A stretch of 63,861 nt of DNA, the filler included, from Lenisia limosa (taxonomy: Eukaryota > Protista > Breviatea), in assembly GCA_001655205.1 (NCBI GenBank). It is 9 parts of 9 records of this genome, joined end to end, with 100 filler letters (N's around TTAATTAATTAA, not from the genome) between each part and the next. Parts side by side here need not be neighbours in the genome. Positions count along the whole stretch, not along the records: positions 27,349 to 31,734 come from LPNZ01001244.1; positions 31,835 to 36,094 come from LPNZ01001926.1; positions 36,195 to 56,890 come from LPNZ01008059.1; 6 more parts are not named here. One strand, given 5' to 3'. The position numbers and the translations under genes are program-made. Below are positions 27,349 through 39,800 of the stretch, one piece after another; the stretch's first letter is position 1; the number at the start of each line of letters is the position of its first letter. The notes beneath the pieces are model-generated. The model did no database searches and was not told the origin of the DNA. It saw nothing but the letters and a program-made list of their open reading frames with translations.

Positions 27349-30300
27349 ACATTGGTTCATCGAGGTCATGAAAATGATGATCAATACGTATGAAAATGTG
27401 AGAGTATTGGTAGATAAAGTAACCACTCTGGCAACTGTCTAACAGTTTTTTTCGAAATTGTTCAATTAATAACCAAAAGATAACATTCGAAAAAGAACAA
27501 CTCCCTTACTTGCGGAAGGTGTGCCAGTTATTGTCAAAACCAAGTTTTGAGGCTTCAGACCTACTTTGGTTCAATTATTAAATGTTGGTGATATCTGATT
27601 TCAAATCAACACACCTCCTTACAAATAGGCGTGTCGTATAGCGTGAACGTCAATTTTTGGGGGTTTAGGAGCAACATCTTGCGATATTGCGATTTGGCTA
27701 AATGAGGCACTATTTTCTGAAAACACTAAGAAACAGCTGTTGGTGGTATCTACTTTCAAAATTAGCACAATCTTACTTTCTTTTCGATTTGACGAAGTGT
27801 TTGAAAGGAGTTGCCTTCTCAAAAAAATCTTGAGTAAAGGGGAATGAACTGAGCTTAGTATTTAAAGACTATTCTAGAATTTTCTAAAAATACATAAATT
27901 TTTGATCATTTTTGCATTTCAAAACTTGCTTCCGATAATTGGATAAGTTATTTTTCAAAACTTGCTTCCGATAATTGGACGAGTTATTGGTTTCAAAACT
28001 TGCTTCCGATAATTGGAGTTATTGGTTGAACAATAGAAAAGGGATTACGCACATGTGATAGGAGTCTTCTCAAGAGGTTCATTACGTCATCGTCCACTGC
28101 GCGTACTGACGATAAATACTGTGCAAACGCTGTCAAGTCAAATCTGGAGGGTTATTCCAAATACTAGATAAATTCTGGACTCAATATGACGGAAATGCGA
28201 TATTGGCCCACATACTTGTCAAAAATAAGGCTTGACGTTTTTTTGGGCACAGCGGGCTGTTCATCAATGACCTTTAGTGTGATGGTCCTGAAATAATCCA
28301 CCAAAGTGGTAGCGTGTTCATATCATGACGCAAAGAATAAAAGAGTAGATATCCATCTTGAACGAAGCATCAAGTTAAGACGAAACTGACCCGCTGAGCC
28401 CTTTACCTCAATTGCAGCGGTAAGTAAACGAGTCCATATCTAAAGTGTTATTGCAGTCAAATCAAGAGTTGGCTATCTACCTTCCATCCAATGGACACGT
28501 CGAGAGAATCTGTTGCCAGGGCATGTGGAGATAATGTTTGCTGGTTAGTCACCTCGTTTGAGTACACTGCCGCAGGGTTGAAAACGTCTATCAGTGGTCG
28601 TGATGGGAAGGCAACAATCACTGGTTCCCCACGCAGACTGTCAATAACTGGGGGGGGGGGGAGTAAAATTGGTAAATTTATGAAACAAAAAAAAACCCCA
28701 AATCAACTGTTGGCAAGCAACTTGACATAAGCCAGATGACAAAAAAAACAAAAACAAGCCCGAGGCAGCCTTTGAAGAGTCGTAAAACGAAGGTAAAAGT
28801 CAGCATTGATGCGAACCTTTACTATCGACATAGGACTCAAGAGATGTCTCCAACGCACCAGGGTCCTTCCTGCCAAGTAATACGGCCAACAATCTAGGCT
28901 GGTATTCAGCCTTGCCAGAGAGGAAGCGAATGCCTACGTGGTTAGTCGGAGCTAACCGCGGCCATACCCAGACTAGCGAGGTTGGTGGAAACGGTCTCGA
29001 CCGATGCCGAAAGAGCCGCTGGAAGCAGTCCGTCTTGGAGCTCCTAGAGAGTCAACACCACTTGGGCGTCCCACCTTGTACACAGCAAAGAACATTTGGG
29101 CAGCATCGTGGTGTGACAAGGAGGAAGTGCGACAGACGGCCAGAGTTAAGTACCTGGGTGGGGGGGGGGTATTAGGCGGTGGGGGCTTTGTTAGATAATA
29201 GTTCATTAATCCTAATACTGGTCTTTTATCAAAGCCCCAAACTCAATGCTGGCTGCGAGGATGTGAATGTAGTGGGCAAGTGAAACAGCATGTTGCATCA
29301 TCTATAGCGTAAATGACAAATCAACGGCTGTGTTGTGAAGTTACGGGGCACACCTTGTCAGAATTCTTGTCTGCACTGTCTCGGTTGCTGGACAGGATAG
29401 TCTAAACGCAGTCAGATACACACAGATTACCTTTTGTGATATCCTTACACACCTGGATATTGTCGTAGTTATGCTTGAAACCTGTCATTTTGGCGACTAA
29501 GGAACTAGAACGACGGCACTGTACACAAGTGGTGTGGATATAGTCCTCATACTGGAGGTTAGGGCTGTAGAATAGGATAGGGTAGGCAATGGTACGAAAA
29601 GACCCATAATACCTCAAAGGAGCTGTAGAGTTGGCTGTTGTACGTGAGAAAGTCGACATCAAGTCCAACATTCTTTGAGGCCAATGACAACACTGATGAT
29701 ACACATGCCCTGATACCTAATGTGCTAAGTGTCTCTTTTGGAATATGGGTCCAAAATGAATATGATGTATTACCAATGTAATAACAAAAGGAGTATTCAG
29801 CCTCAGACTCTGGAGAACACCCGACATGGGGTGGTTGGAGGGGAGGGGCGACACAAAACTGTGCGACGCAATTTCATGGGCTGAGGTGGTATGGCTCTAA
29901 GGGTGTTAAAGGAATGTAGTCAAATATATCAAGATATGTATATCATATCTTGATTCTCAGTATTTTATCTCACATACATACATCCGACACCCCGTCACGT
30001 CCAGAATTGTCTTATTCGACCCCGTCACGTCCAGAATTGTCTTATCCGACCCCGTCACGTCCATAATTGTCTTATTCGACCCCGTCACGTCCATAATTGT
30101 CTTATCCGACCCCCTCACGTCCAGAATTGTTTTGACTTTAGCCATTCGGGTACGGGGTAAACCCAAGGGAGCTGGCATAGCCTGCGGGGGGAGGGGGTGG
30201 TAAGACGAAATGTGTGTGTCGCCAAATCCGTCAAAAACCGGAAATCAAGATTATGGAGATATAAGTACGAACCATGAGGTATCTTGAAGGACGAGGAGTG

Positions 30301-31100
30301 GTCGGCTTCTGTGACATGGGGAAAGCTTTAAAAGTTTGGCTAGGCCGGGCAACTAACGGAAATTCACACGGCTAAGAGGTGAAATATGTAGCAAAATGAG
30401 AAAAGTAATGAGTATCTAGTGTGTATGCTGATGAGGCACTAATGTAACCCTTGTACATAGGCATAAAATCAGTTCATAAAAAAAGGATAATTACAGGGAA
30501 GATTATGAAGTTTGCTGATTCTTATTTGAGGAACCCAGTTGCTACCCAGGTATTCACGGTCCATATGCATCGAAGCATGCCACTTATATGTAAATATAGC
30601 ATATTAAAATGAACGGCCATAGTAAGTAAGCGAACGGCCACAGTCAACATTGTAAGTAAGCGAACAGCCACAGTCGAGACGTACCGTAAGTTGGAAGATT
30701 ACCGGTCTGGTGGCGTGGAGGATTGGGGCCAGTCGAGTAAGATTTTGCTGATTTCCTGGAGATCAAAGATAAGAAAACCCGTCATTTGTGACATGTACCC
30801 CTCTCCCCTACTCAGGAAAGCACCTCCATTGGTGAGAGTACTATTGATGGGGACGGTGGAGAGACGTTGGAATTCCATGGCTGAGATTTGGTCGAAACTA
30901 GCAAGGTTCTTACCAGCCTGGAAACTGAGTAAGAGATGGGGCTAGCAGAGTGTTATCATTCTTGACGGCCACATTTGCCTTTGATATTGACCGACTCTTT
31001 TGAGTGCACTCGCGAGATCCGAGCTGGCCTTGACACTGACCGATTGGGGTGTCTCAAGCTTCCGGTCTACTGAACCAAGCCCCTGAGACGTCATTTCATT
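27349..31100 (-). CDS. Large multi-exon hypothetical protein (helical, unidentified), partial
   Basis: Many GT-AG exons, e.g. GLGSVDRKLETPQSVSVKASSDLASALKR, AGKNLASFDQISAMEFQRLSTVPINSTLTNG, LDVDFLTYNSQLYSSFE|YEDYIHTTCVQCRRSSSLVAKMTGFKHNYDNIQ, YLTLAVCRTSSLSHHDAAQMFFAVYK|ELQDGLLPAALSASVETVSTNLASL. Confidence 0.55.
27919..28028. repeat. ~37-bp imperfect tandem repeat, 3 copies
   Basis: Constant TCAAAACTTGCTTCCGATAATTGGA plus related short tails. Confidence 0.9.
29985..30130. repeat. 30-bp minisatellite, ~4.8 copies (intronic)
   Basis: Unit CCA(G/T)AATTGTCTTAT(T/C)CGACCCCGTCACGT. Confidence 0.95.
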
Positions 31101-31834
31101 GCGTGTTAGAGATATTGTAAGCATATCAATTGCGCGATAGATACCAATCTAGAATATTGTAAGCATTGCCTTAAATCCTCCCCTTACACGCTACCCACAG
31201 TATAAGCCATACTGCCCCCTTAGCTCTATTCCATATTACTACGCCAATACAATAGATAGAGCCATCCAAGAGTCGATAAACAGACTCCCTTCCCTTCCAC
31301 TCCTCCCGCCCAACCAACCCTGTCCCCCTCATACCTTCCTCCATAACCCCTCCAAGCACTCACTGCTAACAATGGAATTATCTTCATCCTCACCTCTCTC
31401 ACACAGCCCCTCACCCTCATCCCCACCACCACAAAATCTGGGCCCAAAAAGCGAAACGCTGGCCCAGTCCAGGGAGAAGATTCCTTACCCAGCCAACCAT
31501 ACCTCCCCTGGAAAATCTGAGGCAAAAAGGAGTAAATACCTCCTTTCAGTCTACTTAAAAAGAAGTAATTCTGTATCTCAGCAAACTCGCAAAATGAGTA
31601 CAAAAGTTCAGCGGGAGGAGAGATCGAACAGGAGAACAATAAAAAGCCACAGACTCCCTCTCCCTTCCCTTCCACTCCTCCCGCCCAACCAATCCTGTCC
31701 CCCTCATACCTTCCTCCATAACCCCCATAACCCCNNNNNNNNNNNNNNNNNNNNNNNNNNNNNNNNNNNNNNNNNNNNTTAATTAATTAANNNNNNNNNN
31801 NNNNNNNNNNNNNNNNNNNNNNNNNNNNNNNNNN

Positions 31835-31942
31835 ATCCTTATTTGTTTTGTCATTCTCAATCCTTATTTGTTTTGTCATTCTCAATCCTTATTTATTTTG
31901 TCATTCTCAATCCTTATTTGTTTTGTCATTCTCAATCCTTAT
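31835..31942. repeat. 25-bp tandem repeat, ~4.3 copies
   Basis: Unit ATCCTTATTTGTTTTGTCATTCTCA at a contig start. Confidence 0.95.
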
Positions 31943-32018
31943 ATAGTGTCTAGCCAACGGAGTTGATTTGGTCTTTTTTTGTGTTACAAATTTCCCCATT
32001 CATCCTTTCCCTCCCCAG

Positions 32019-35000
32019 GCGAAACGTTCATCACCGATCCCGCTAACTTACCTGCTGCTTGGTCCGACATTTTCACCAACGCTGCCGTCTCGGCAACTTC
32101 CAACTCCTGTGGGGACTTCACTGCGGCGCATCAACTTGGGATTGCCTGTTTGAGAATCCCATAAATTTCATTAGATTTCTCTAAATATCCATGGTATTCC
32201 AATGTAAGTGCTGGGAATCCCAGCATTCCATAAGAATCCCAAATCAATGCGCCGTTGTGTCACGTAGGGGTTGATAACTTGGGTCTAATAGCATCACGTA
32301 TTCCCGATCACAAATAACATCATGTATTCCCGATTGATAACAAGGGGGATTTGTAACTTATGTTAGAGTTGATAACTAGGAGAGGTCTTTAAGTATTGCC
32401 CATCACCCCTCCCAGTCGAGTCGATGTTGGAGTACCTGACTTTGGCCCTTCAAAGTATCGCGGTCTCAGACGCGGCTTCCAGAGCTCTCATCGTAACCGG
32501 GATTATCCATGCTTTTGGCTTCACTTCGGCCGGAATAAGACCGGTAAAATATCGATAGTTTTCGAGGATTTACCAAGAAATTCCGAGTTTTTTCGAACCG
32601 AAGTGAAACCCTACAAGCAGATCTATTGTTCTTATTTAGATAAAAACATTTATAGCATTTTCTTATTTAAATTTTTGTTTCTTACAACAGGTGCTTATCC
32701 AATAGTTAATATGGTGCTAATGATAGTCAAAATGTTCTAAAATATATCATGCTTGTCCCATATTACCCTATTTTTTTTTTTTTTATTGGAGCATACTGCT
32801 TTTATCATTTGTTACATTTGTTACATGAACACCCACAAAATCTCAGCAACATGCTTTCTTCTCTACTACGCTCTATTACATACAGTCCTCACCATCAGAT
32901 ATGTCGCATTATCATCGCACTGCCTGATGTTGTCATCCCCACTCCAGGCCTGTTATGGTAAGAGGCTATTTCTAGGATTTTAACGCCTGATATGCTTAGA
33001 AGCATTATTTTTAGTAATTTGTGAAATAATTATTTTGGAGAAATGGGTTTATAAAATTGGGAGAACAAATTATTAAATGCATATGCTTAAATATGATATT
33101 CAAGTTTCAAATTGAGAATTATTGGAGTATCCTCTAATTAGCCGGATTCAGTTAATCATTTCCCCCGTCTCTCATTCCCCCCAAACTCATTAAACAATTA
33201 AATGGCATGACGCTACAGGCCGTCCCCTCCGCAAGCCATTCTCGAGGCCCTTACCAATGAAATCGTCCGCCTCAAGATGTTCTATCCCGCTATTTCTTCA
33301 AGCCCCCTCCTAGCCAATTCTCTCTACAGCGTGGTTGTTAGAAGAGTATGTTGGGATCCATCTTCGTCAGAGTGTTGTGTTATCATATAAGTAGTGTTGA
33401 CTTTTTTTTTTTGTTTTTTCTATGTGTGTGTTGTTTTTTACCCATTTACAGACGTCACAACCCAACCTCCCACGCCTCAAGGCCCTCCTAAAGTCCGCAT
33501 ACCCCTCAGTGACCATTGAAGCTCTCCCCTCCAATCTCAGTGCCGCTACTATTCAGGCGGCTTGTGGCTTGATGAACGTCGCCCCGTTGAACTGGCAGGT
33601 AAGGGGAGGTTTTTGGATTTAATGTGTCTGAATATCTTAAGTTGCTTCGAATATTACTATCCCCCTCTACATAATATTCCATCTGTACTCTCCCCATACC
33701 TTTACTAACTCCTCAGATGGAGGCCGCAGCACAGATCCACCAAGCCTTGTCGTCTTCAATCGGATGTTTCGTTGTCGGCGGAGTCGGAGCCGGCAAGACA
33801 ACTGTCCGCAACATTCTGAAGCAGGTTTGGAGGGGTGGCAATATATTGATGCCCATTTCCACTAACTCTGCCATCCCCTACTATATATGTGTATGTAAAA
33901 AGAATAGTAGTTTGTTTTTTTACAAACTCCTATCCATCCACTACACCTCACCCCATAGGCTCTTGGCATAAACGGCCAGGTGGTAACAGAGCTTGTGATA
34001 TATCCTGCGGCCCACACCAAAGGAAGTCTCATCTCCTCCCTGCAGCGCTCCAGTGGTACGTTTTGGCTTTACAGAACTGATGCACATATCATATTTTAAC
34101 TCATATCTTCTAGTGATATATTCATATGACCGACTTTCAAATCCAAATGATGAACGAAGATAACACGAGGGTTTATCCCGAGTGTATCAGAGTATCATTG
34201 AGACTTGTCAGTCAATTATCATACGAGTGGATATGAGGTTTCATATCACTGCGCGGAAAATGATAGTTTACACGTGTGAAAATGATGCGCATATCATATT
34301 CTGTATAAGTGTGGTATTATTTCTTGTCTTGCTATCTGTACATCGCAAATGTGGGTAAGGCTCACTTCCTTCTAAATCTCATCTTAACCCTTCCCCCAGG
34401 TATTTGGGCGAAGGGCTGTGTGCCTGAGGCAATAGAGTTCCTCTCCGCATCCGCTCCTGATAAGTCGAATAGACCTGCAACGGCCGGCGAGATTACCAAT
34501 ACCGTATGGGGGAATATTGCAGTACCGTTCTTTTTGACAATCCATAAGTTCATTTTACGAGGATAATTGTCCCTGTGTGTGTGTATGGAAAGTAAGGCAA
34601 ATGACTAGATGAATTGATGTTATAATGATGTGGAGACCTCGTTTAGTCCTTTTCATTTCTGCAGAGCATATAATGCTATAGTAATAGCATATCATATCAT
34701 ATCATTAGCTTTGCATAACTGCTGGGTTTCTTTCTTCAGAACTTAGCACCTAATCTCCCTATTGACTTCCTCCCCCCCCCCACCAGGCAACAGGATGGCT
34801 TGTTCTTGACAGTCCAATTACCGACGTTTCAATGAAGTGATCGGGGTTTCCACAAACACAGACACCCAGCGCCCCTTCTTCTCCCCCACCCACACCCCAA
34901 TTTTGTTTCTTCATGCGGTGCTGCAGAAGCAACTGGTCTGGGCTTTGTTTGTTTTGTCGTGATCAACCCTCGCGTGTTGTCAGCCATCATAGTTCATTTT

Positions 35001-35631
35001 GGCCTTTTTTTTTTGTTTCATAACATCCCCCCCCCCTCAGCGCTCCCTACGGTTNNNNNNNNNNNNNNNNNNNNNNNNNNNNNNNNNNNNNNNNGGAAGA
35101 TGGGCCCTAGATATTTGCAGGCAAATTGCCGAGGCCCGTGCGCTGACACTCGACAGTGGCGAAGCTATTAAACTTGGGGACGGTGAGATGGGGCGTACTT
35201 ATGATGCGATGCTCAAAAACTGACCATTTTGACGTGATGCTATTGTGGTTGATTTTGTCACAGGCTTATCGAGTTCCAAACAATCCAGATACATATTATA
35301 TACCATATATATAGTAAGTATATACGATGATATATCAATATACATAAAGTGTCCGGGATAAGTCTTAACCGATTCGCTACATAATTTCCCAAGGAAAATA
35401 GGTCAAGACTTATCCTGGTCACTGTACACGATTGTATTAACCCGCCAATCGACCACGCTGTCCCGTCACCCTCCAGACATCAAGGTTATCGTCGAGGTTG
35501 CGACCGACGCTTTAGCTGGCCTGCCCAGCACCCCCGAAGCCCTCAGCAGCGTAATGCCGATGGTGCTAGTCAGTGCCCCTCGAGGCGCATCGCCGCCTGC
35601 CCAGCCCAAATCCTTCCATCATGCTAGTCAG
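32019..35631 (+). CDS. Highly divergent dynein heavy chain, end of AAA1 through AAA2, partial (exons incl. 33452-33598, 33717-33824, 33959-34055, 34400-34503, 34787-34836, 35041-35182, 35477-35631)
   Basis: Phase-consistent splice: QIHQALSSSIGCFVVGGVGAGKTTVRNILKQ|ALGINGQVVTELVIYPAAHTKGSLISSLQRSS|GIWAKG..|ATGWLVLDSPITD..WALDICRQIAEARALTLDSGEAIKLGD|DIKVIVEV. It is collinear with dynein AAA2 motifs (GPxGxGKT, NPKA, EWxDG, WIxxDG, LTLxSGExI, FExxDL). Confidence 0.75.
32514..32613. mobile_element. MITE-A copy in dynein intron
   Basis: GGCTTCACTTCGG...TTCGAACCGAAGTGAAACCC-TA. Confidence 0.85.
34095..34300. repeat. Dispersed repeat with imperfect inverted arms; second copy 41470-41660, fragments near 41205, 48236, 53195
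   Basis: Shared CATATGACCGACTTTC..ATGATGAACGAAGATAACACGAGGGTT..GTGTATCAGAGTATCATTGAG..GTCAATTATCATA..GTGAAAAT. The arms CTCATAT..TGACCGAC and GTCGGTCA..ATATGAG are inverted. Confidence 0.75.
34913..35040 (+). repeat. Intron-end repeat, most complete + strand copy (ends at acceptor AG 35039-35040)
   Basis: ATGCGGTGCTGCAGAAGCAACTGGTCTGGGCTTTGTTTGTTTTGT..TCAACCCTCGCGTGTTGTCAGCCA..GGCCTTTTTTTTTGTTTCATAA..CCCCCCCTCAG. Homologous pieces at 5260, 10342, 31952, 35935, 36069, 37726/37936, 38561, 44470/44680, 53022, 59467, 62450, 63813. Confidence 0.85.
35345..35426. mobile_element. Tc1/mariner-like MITE (~80 bp), second truncated copy at 12193-12258
   Basis: TA-(A)AGTGTCCGGGATAAGTCTT...AAGACTTATCCTGGTCACTG-TA. 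CACTG-TA is a Tc1-type end; the internal TTTCCCAAGGAAAATAGG is shared by both copies. Confidence 0.7.
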
Positions 35632-35657
35632 GTACGGGGCTGGGTACGATTTGGACC

Positions 35658-35749
35658 CCCCTATGGTCCCATAATAGTTTGAATTTCTCGATTAATCCCC
35701 CACAAATTTCGATATTTAATCGGTCTTTTTTGGACCGTAGGGAAGCCCC
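35658..35749. mobile_element. MITE-A variant B copy in dynein intron
   Basis: Right TIR GGACCGTAGGGAAGCCC plus internal core. Confidence 0.75.
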
Positions 35750-36784
35750 AGTTGTGACACTGTTATGGGCGTAGTTGTATTGTAAGCATTGCCTAAAATC
35801 AACTCTATCTCGACCTCTGTTGGTGCCAAATTCTTTTAGCTATAATGGCAGTGGGCTGCAGTCCAGGTTATTTACCTTGGTTACAACTACGTTTGACGGA
35901 GTTGTCAAACGACAGTTCTCTGCCTCCCTCACTCTAGCCCTGGCTTTGTTTTTTTATTATTATTATTGTATTCAACCCTTGTGTGTTTCTCAAATGCGAG
36001 GCTAATATAATTTTCCAGTGTTAACGACCCCCCTCCCGCCTCCTCTCTTTTGTTGTTTAACGACACCCCGCAAAGCGACTGGCCTGGGCTTTGTNNNNNN
36101 NNNNNNNNNNNNNNNNNNNNNNNNNNNNNNNNNNNNNNTTAATTAATTAANNNNNNNNNNNNNNNNNNNNNNNNNNNNNNNNNNNNNNNNNNNNTACTCT
36201 CTCAGAGTCCCAACCAACAAGCGCCTCTACTCAACTGTTGCTTGTCGCAGTGCATTGGCTTCTTTGGTGGAATATAGATGACCATTATATTGTTTTTGAA
36301 TGAAATTGTTTCAAATTTTGGAGTTTTTTATTTTTTAGGAGAATACGCACTTGGTGACCTCGAAGATGCCCTTCGCTCTCTCATCCCCACCCCCATGCAG
36401 TTCCAATCCTCAAGCACCTGGCATGTCTTCCAGTAATTTCTCTGCTGCTGGTGGTGTCGCCAGCTATAACTGCCAAAGTATGACATTATCGTTTGCCACT
36501 GACGTTTGGAGAGTTAAACTGACCTCTATTTAGTAGTTAAGCCCTATCAAAATTGCACTAAGTAAGTATAAGCAAATCTCTCCGTCGCCACTGCTCTACG
36601 TAGGTGATGATAGTTTTAATAAAATATAAAAGACTATTAGTGTATGAATATTATACATTATCGATGTATATCGTATTAATTTTAGATACTATATGATATA
36701 ATATATAGTATACTATATAATATGATATAATATGGCAATAAATTCTAAATAAATTTCGGTCGTTTTTTGAGAGTTTTGACACCC

Positions 36785-36869
36785 CTCAGTCTGAAAAGGA
36801 CCACAATGTCGATAGTTTTCGAGGACTTATCGATTATTCAGACTTTTTCCGGACCGAAGTGAAGCCTTA
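36785..36869. mobile_element. MITE-A copy, left end eroded
   Basis: Core TCGATAGTTTTCGAGG and right TIR GGACCGAAGTGAAGCC. Confidence 0.75.
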
Positions 36870-36880
36870 CTCATTCTGCA

Positions 36881-39800
36881 GGTAAAGCGCTACATCCGAA
36901 AATCTCCAGCCCACGCACGCACAACAAAAAACTTGAATCCCGACGGGTATCACGACGCAAAAAGCTGGAGCAAATGGAAATCAATCTCTCAAAGTCCAGC
37001 AGCGGATCGCCAAAGATTGTATAAATACACTACAGGTGGGGGCAGGAAGAAACACAGCAAAAAATGCTATTGTCTACCTTTTTTCGATAATTCTGAAATT
37101 ATTATGGAACTTTTCTGATGATACAGATTCTTCTCCACGAAGTTATTAAGCACATGAAGAATGTGGGAATGGGGGGGGGGTACCACTAAATGGCGTTTGT
37201 GCTGTCCCAAATATTATTTTTGGTGTGGACTGCTTCGGGTGAATTAACTATTATATATCACAATGTTTATTATAAGCGTGATGGTGTGGACGGCTCTACC
37301 AGATACAACCTGTTCTATACATGTTTGATGTTGTTTCATTATGTTACTGTTTTATTAGAAACAACCATTTAATTCCTCATCTCTACGTATGAAGCTCTTG
37401 TTCAACGGGGCAAATTTGGTAAGCAAAAAAACATAAAAACCCGTTTATTTCCCATGTATTTNNNNNNNNNNTTTCCAGATCACTACACTGCTGATATCAT
37501 TACGACTTCCTGAGAAAATCTGCAACAATATATAATACATAGGATTTTTTTTTGGCATTTTCTGAGTGGAAACGTACTAACTGAGTAGAATGGCCCATCT
37601 GTCCCCCTGTTCCTTCTCACATTCCTTGCAAGTTTGGGGGGGGGGGCTGCTGGTTGGTTTAGAAATACGTGGGGATTGGATTCTTTATTGTCCGAAATCG
37701 AAATATTGAGGATTAATCTTGTCTTGATGCGGTGCTGCAGAAGCGACTAGCCTGGGCTTTGTTTGTTTNNNNNNNNNNCCCTGATCACTACACTGCTGAT
37801 ATCATGACGACTTCCTGAGAAAATCTGCAACAATATATAATACATGATTTTTTTTTAGCATCGTACTAACTGAGTAGAATGGCCCATCTGTCCCCCTGTT
37901 CCTTCTCACATTCCTTGCAAGNNNNNNNNNNNNNNTTTTTTGTTTGATAAATATTCCAAATTTACCCCCCCCCCAGAATCCACGCATGACAATAACCCTC
38001 GCTCGAGACGACGCTTGCTGAAAGGTGGGTGTTAGGGGGTGAAAGCAGGGTACCAATCCAGAAAATTGCTACACATATTCGAACAAAAAGTTTCGGTGAT
38101 GTCATCTTTTAACTACTTTTTACAAGGCTTTTTTGTTTCATATATTTTCCAATTTTCCACCGCTAACCTCCCAGTATATCCTCGCTATCCGCTCTAGAGN
38201 NNNNNNNNNGCATATCCGAACAAAAAAGTTTCGGTGATGTCATCTTTTAACTACTTTTTACAAGGCTTTTTTTTTCATATGATATATTTTCCAATTTTCC
38301 ACCGCTAACCTCCCAGTATATCCTCGCTATCCGCTCTAGAGCCCACGTCCAGCGTAAAGCCAGCCCGAAAAGCCCTGGTTATTAACTGTCGTTTGCTGAT
38401 GGACGTGTATCAGAACTCCTTGTTCAAGGAGACGCTCATGAAGCTGAGTATGGGGGTAAAGATTAATGGTGGGCGAGTAATTTCCCCTTTTTTACACTCT
38501 ATAACCCGCTAGCCCTCTCTCTCCTCAGTCTTTCTCGAAATTTCCTTGATGCTAAACCCTTTGTTTTGTTGTTGTCAACCCTAGTCTGTTGTTTTTTGGC
38601 TTTTTTTGTTTCATAAATTTTCCAATTTTACTCCCTCCACTTCTCACATGCCCTTAAGACAATCCGAGTTAACAGGGAATTCTTTAGGGCTTCCCTACGG
38701 TCCCAAAAAAGACCGAATCTCCCGATAAATCCTCGATAAATATNNNNNNNNNNNNNNNNNNNNNNNNNNNNNNNNNNNNNNNNNNNNNNNNNNNNNNNNN
38801 NNNNNNNNNNNNNNNNNNNNNNNNNNNNNNNNNNNNNNNNNNNNNNNNNNNNNNNNNNNNNNNNNNNNNNNNNNNNNNNNNNNNNNNNNNNNNNNNNNNN
38901 NNNNNNNNNNNNNNNNNNNNNNATGGAAAATATATGTGTAATATTTATACATGTCATCATTCTCTTAACAGTACCTTTCGCCAATATTCTTCATCAAAAT
39001 TTCCTTCGTTTTACATGATCATCAATGTCGTCATTTTTTGACTTTTCAGACCTATTGCCCTTCGTTCTTGGTCCAACCGAGTCCGAAATTGAGTTTCCCT
39101 TCCAATGCAACGGTTACCCTATAACTCTGCACGAAAAACGTGAGACGGTGCAATTTGAAACAAACATGGGGATACCATACCTAGGGTTCCACTCCAGGCC
39201 AAAAAAGATAGATAAATCCTCGATATATTTCGATAGTTTACCGATCTGTTCCGTACTGGAGTGAAGAACTACCTATATTACATACACTGACCCGCGCCTT
39301 TGATGTAATGCAACTAGGGATTCAATATAACGATGATTCATTGAGATATTCAGTCATTCTCCGGACTTCCCCTATGATTAGGGCTTCACTTCGGTTCGAA
39401 AAAAGACTGAATTTATCGATAAATCGTTGAAAACTATCGATATTTTACCGGTCTTTTTTGAACCGAAGTGAAGCCCTACTTATGATCATCAATTAAATAT
39501 TTCCTCGTGTGTGTTTCATAAATATTCATTTTTCNNNNNNNNNNTGGCTTTTTTTGTTTCATAAATTTTCCAATTTTACTCCCTCCACTTCTCACATGTC
39601 CTTAAGACAATCCGAGTTAACAGGGAATTCTTAGGGCTTCCCTACGGTCCCAAAAAAGACCGAATCTCCCGATAAATCCTCGATAAATATCGACATTTAA
39701 ACTGTCTTTTTCGGACTGTTGAGAAGCAAGCCCTGGTAATCTTCCTTGACCGCCCAGTCGGGTCCGGAGCCTCCATGCTCGATCCAGCCCTCTTGAAATA

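Noticed and set aside
27919-28028. CRISPR-like constant 25-mer with short intervening sequences
   Set aside because: The 'spacers' are 10-13 bp and related to each other, there are only three units, and the context is eukaryotic. It is an ordinary minisatellite.
29957-30178. ORF with a decapeptide repeat (IxDVTGSxKT)
   Set aside because: The repeat begins right after a plausible GT donor. It is read-through of an intronic 30-bp minisatellite.
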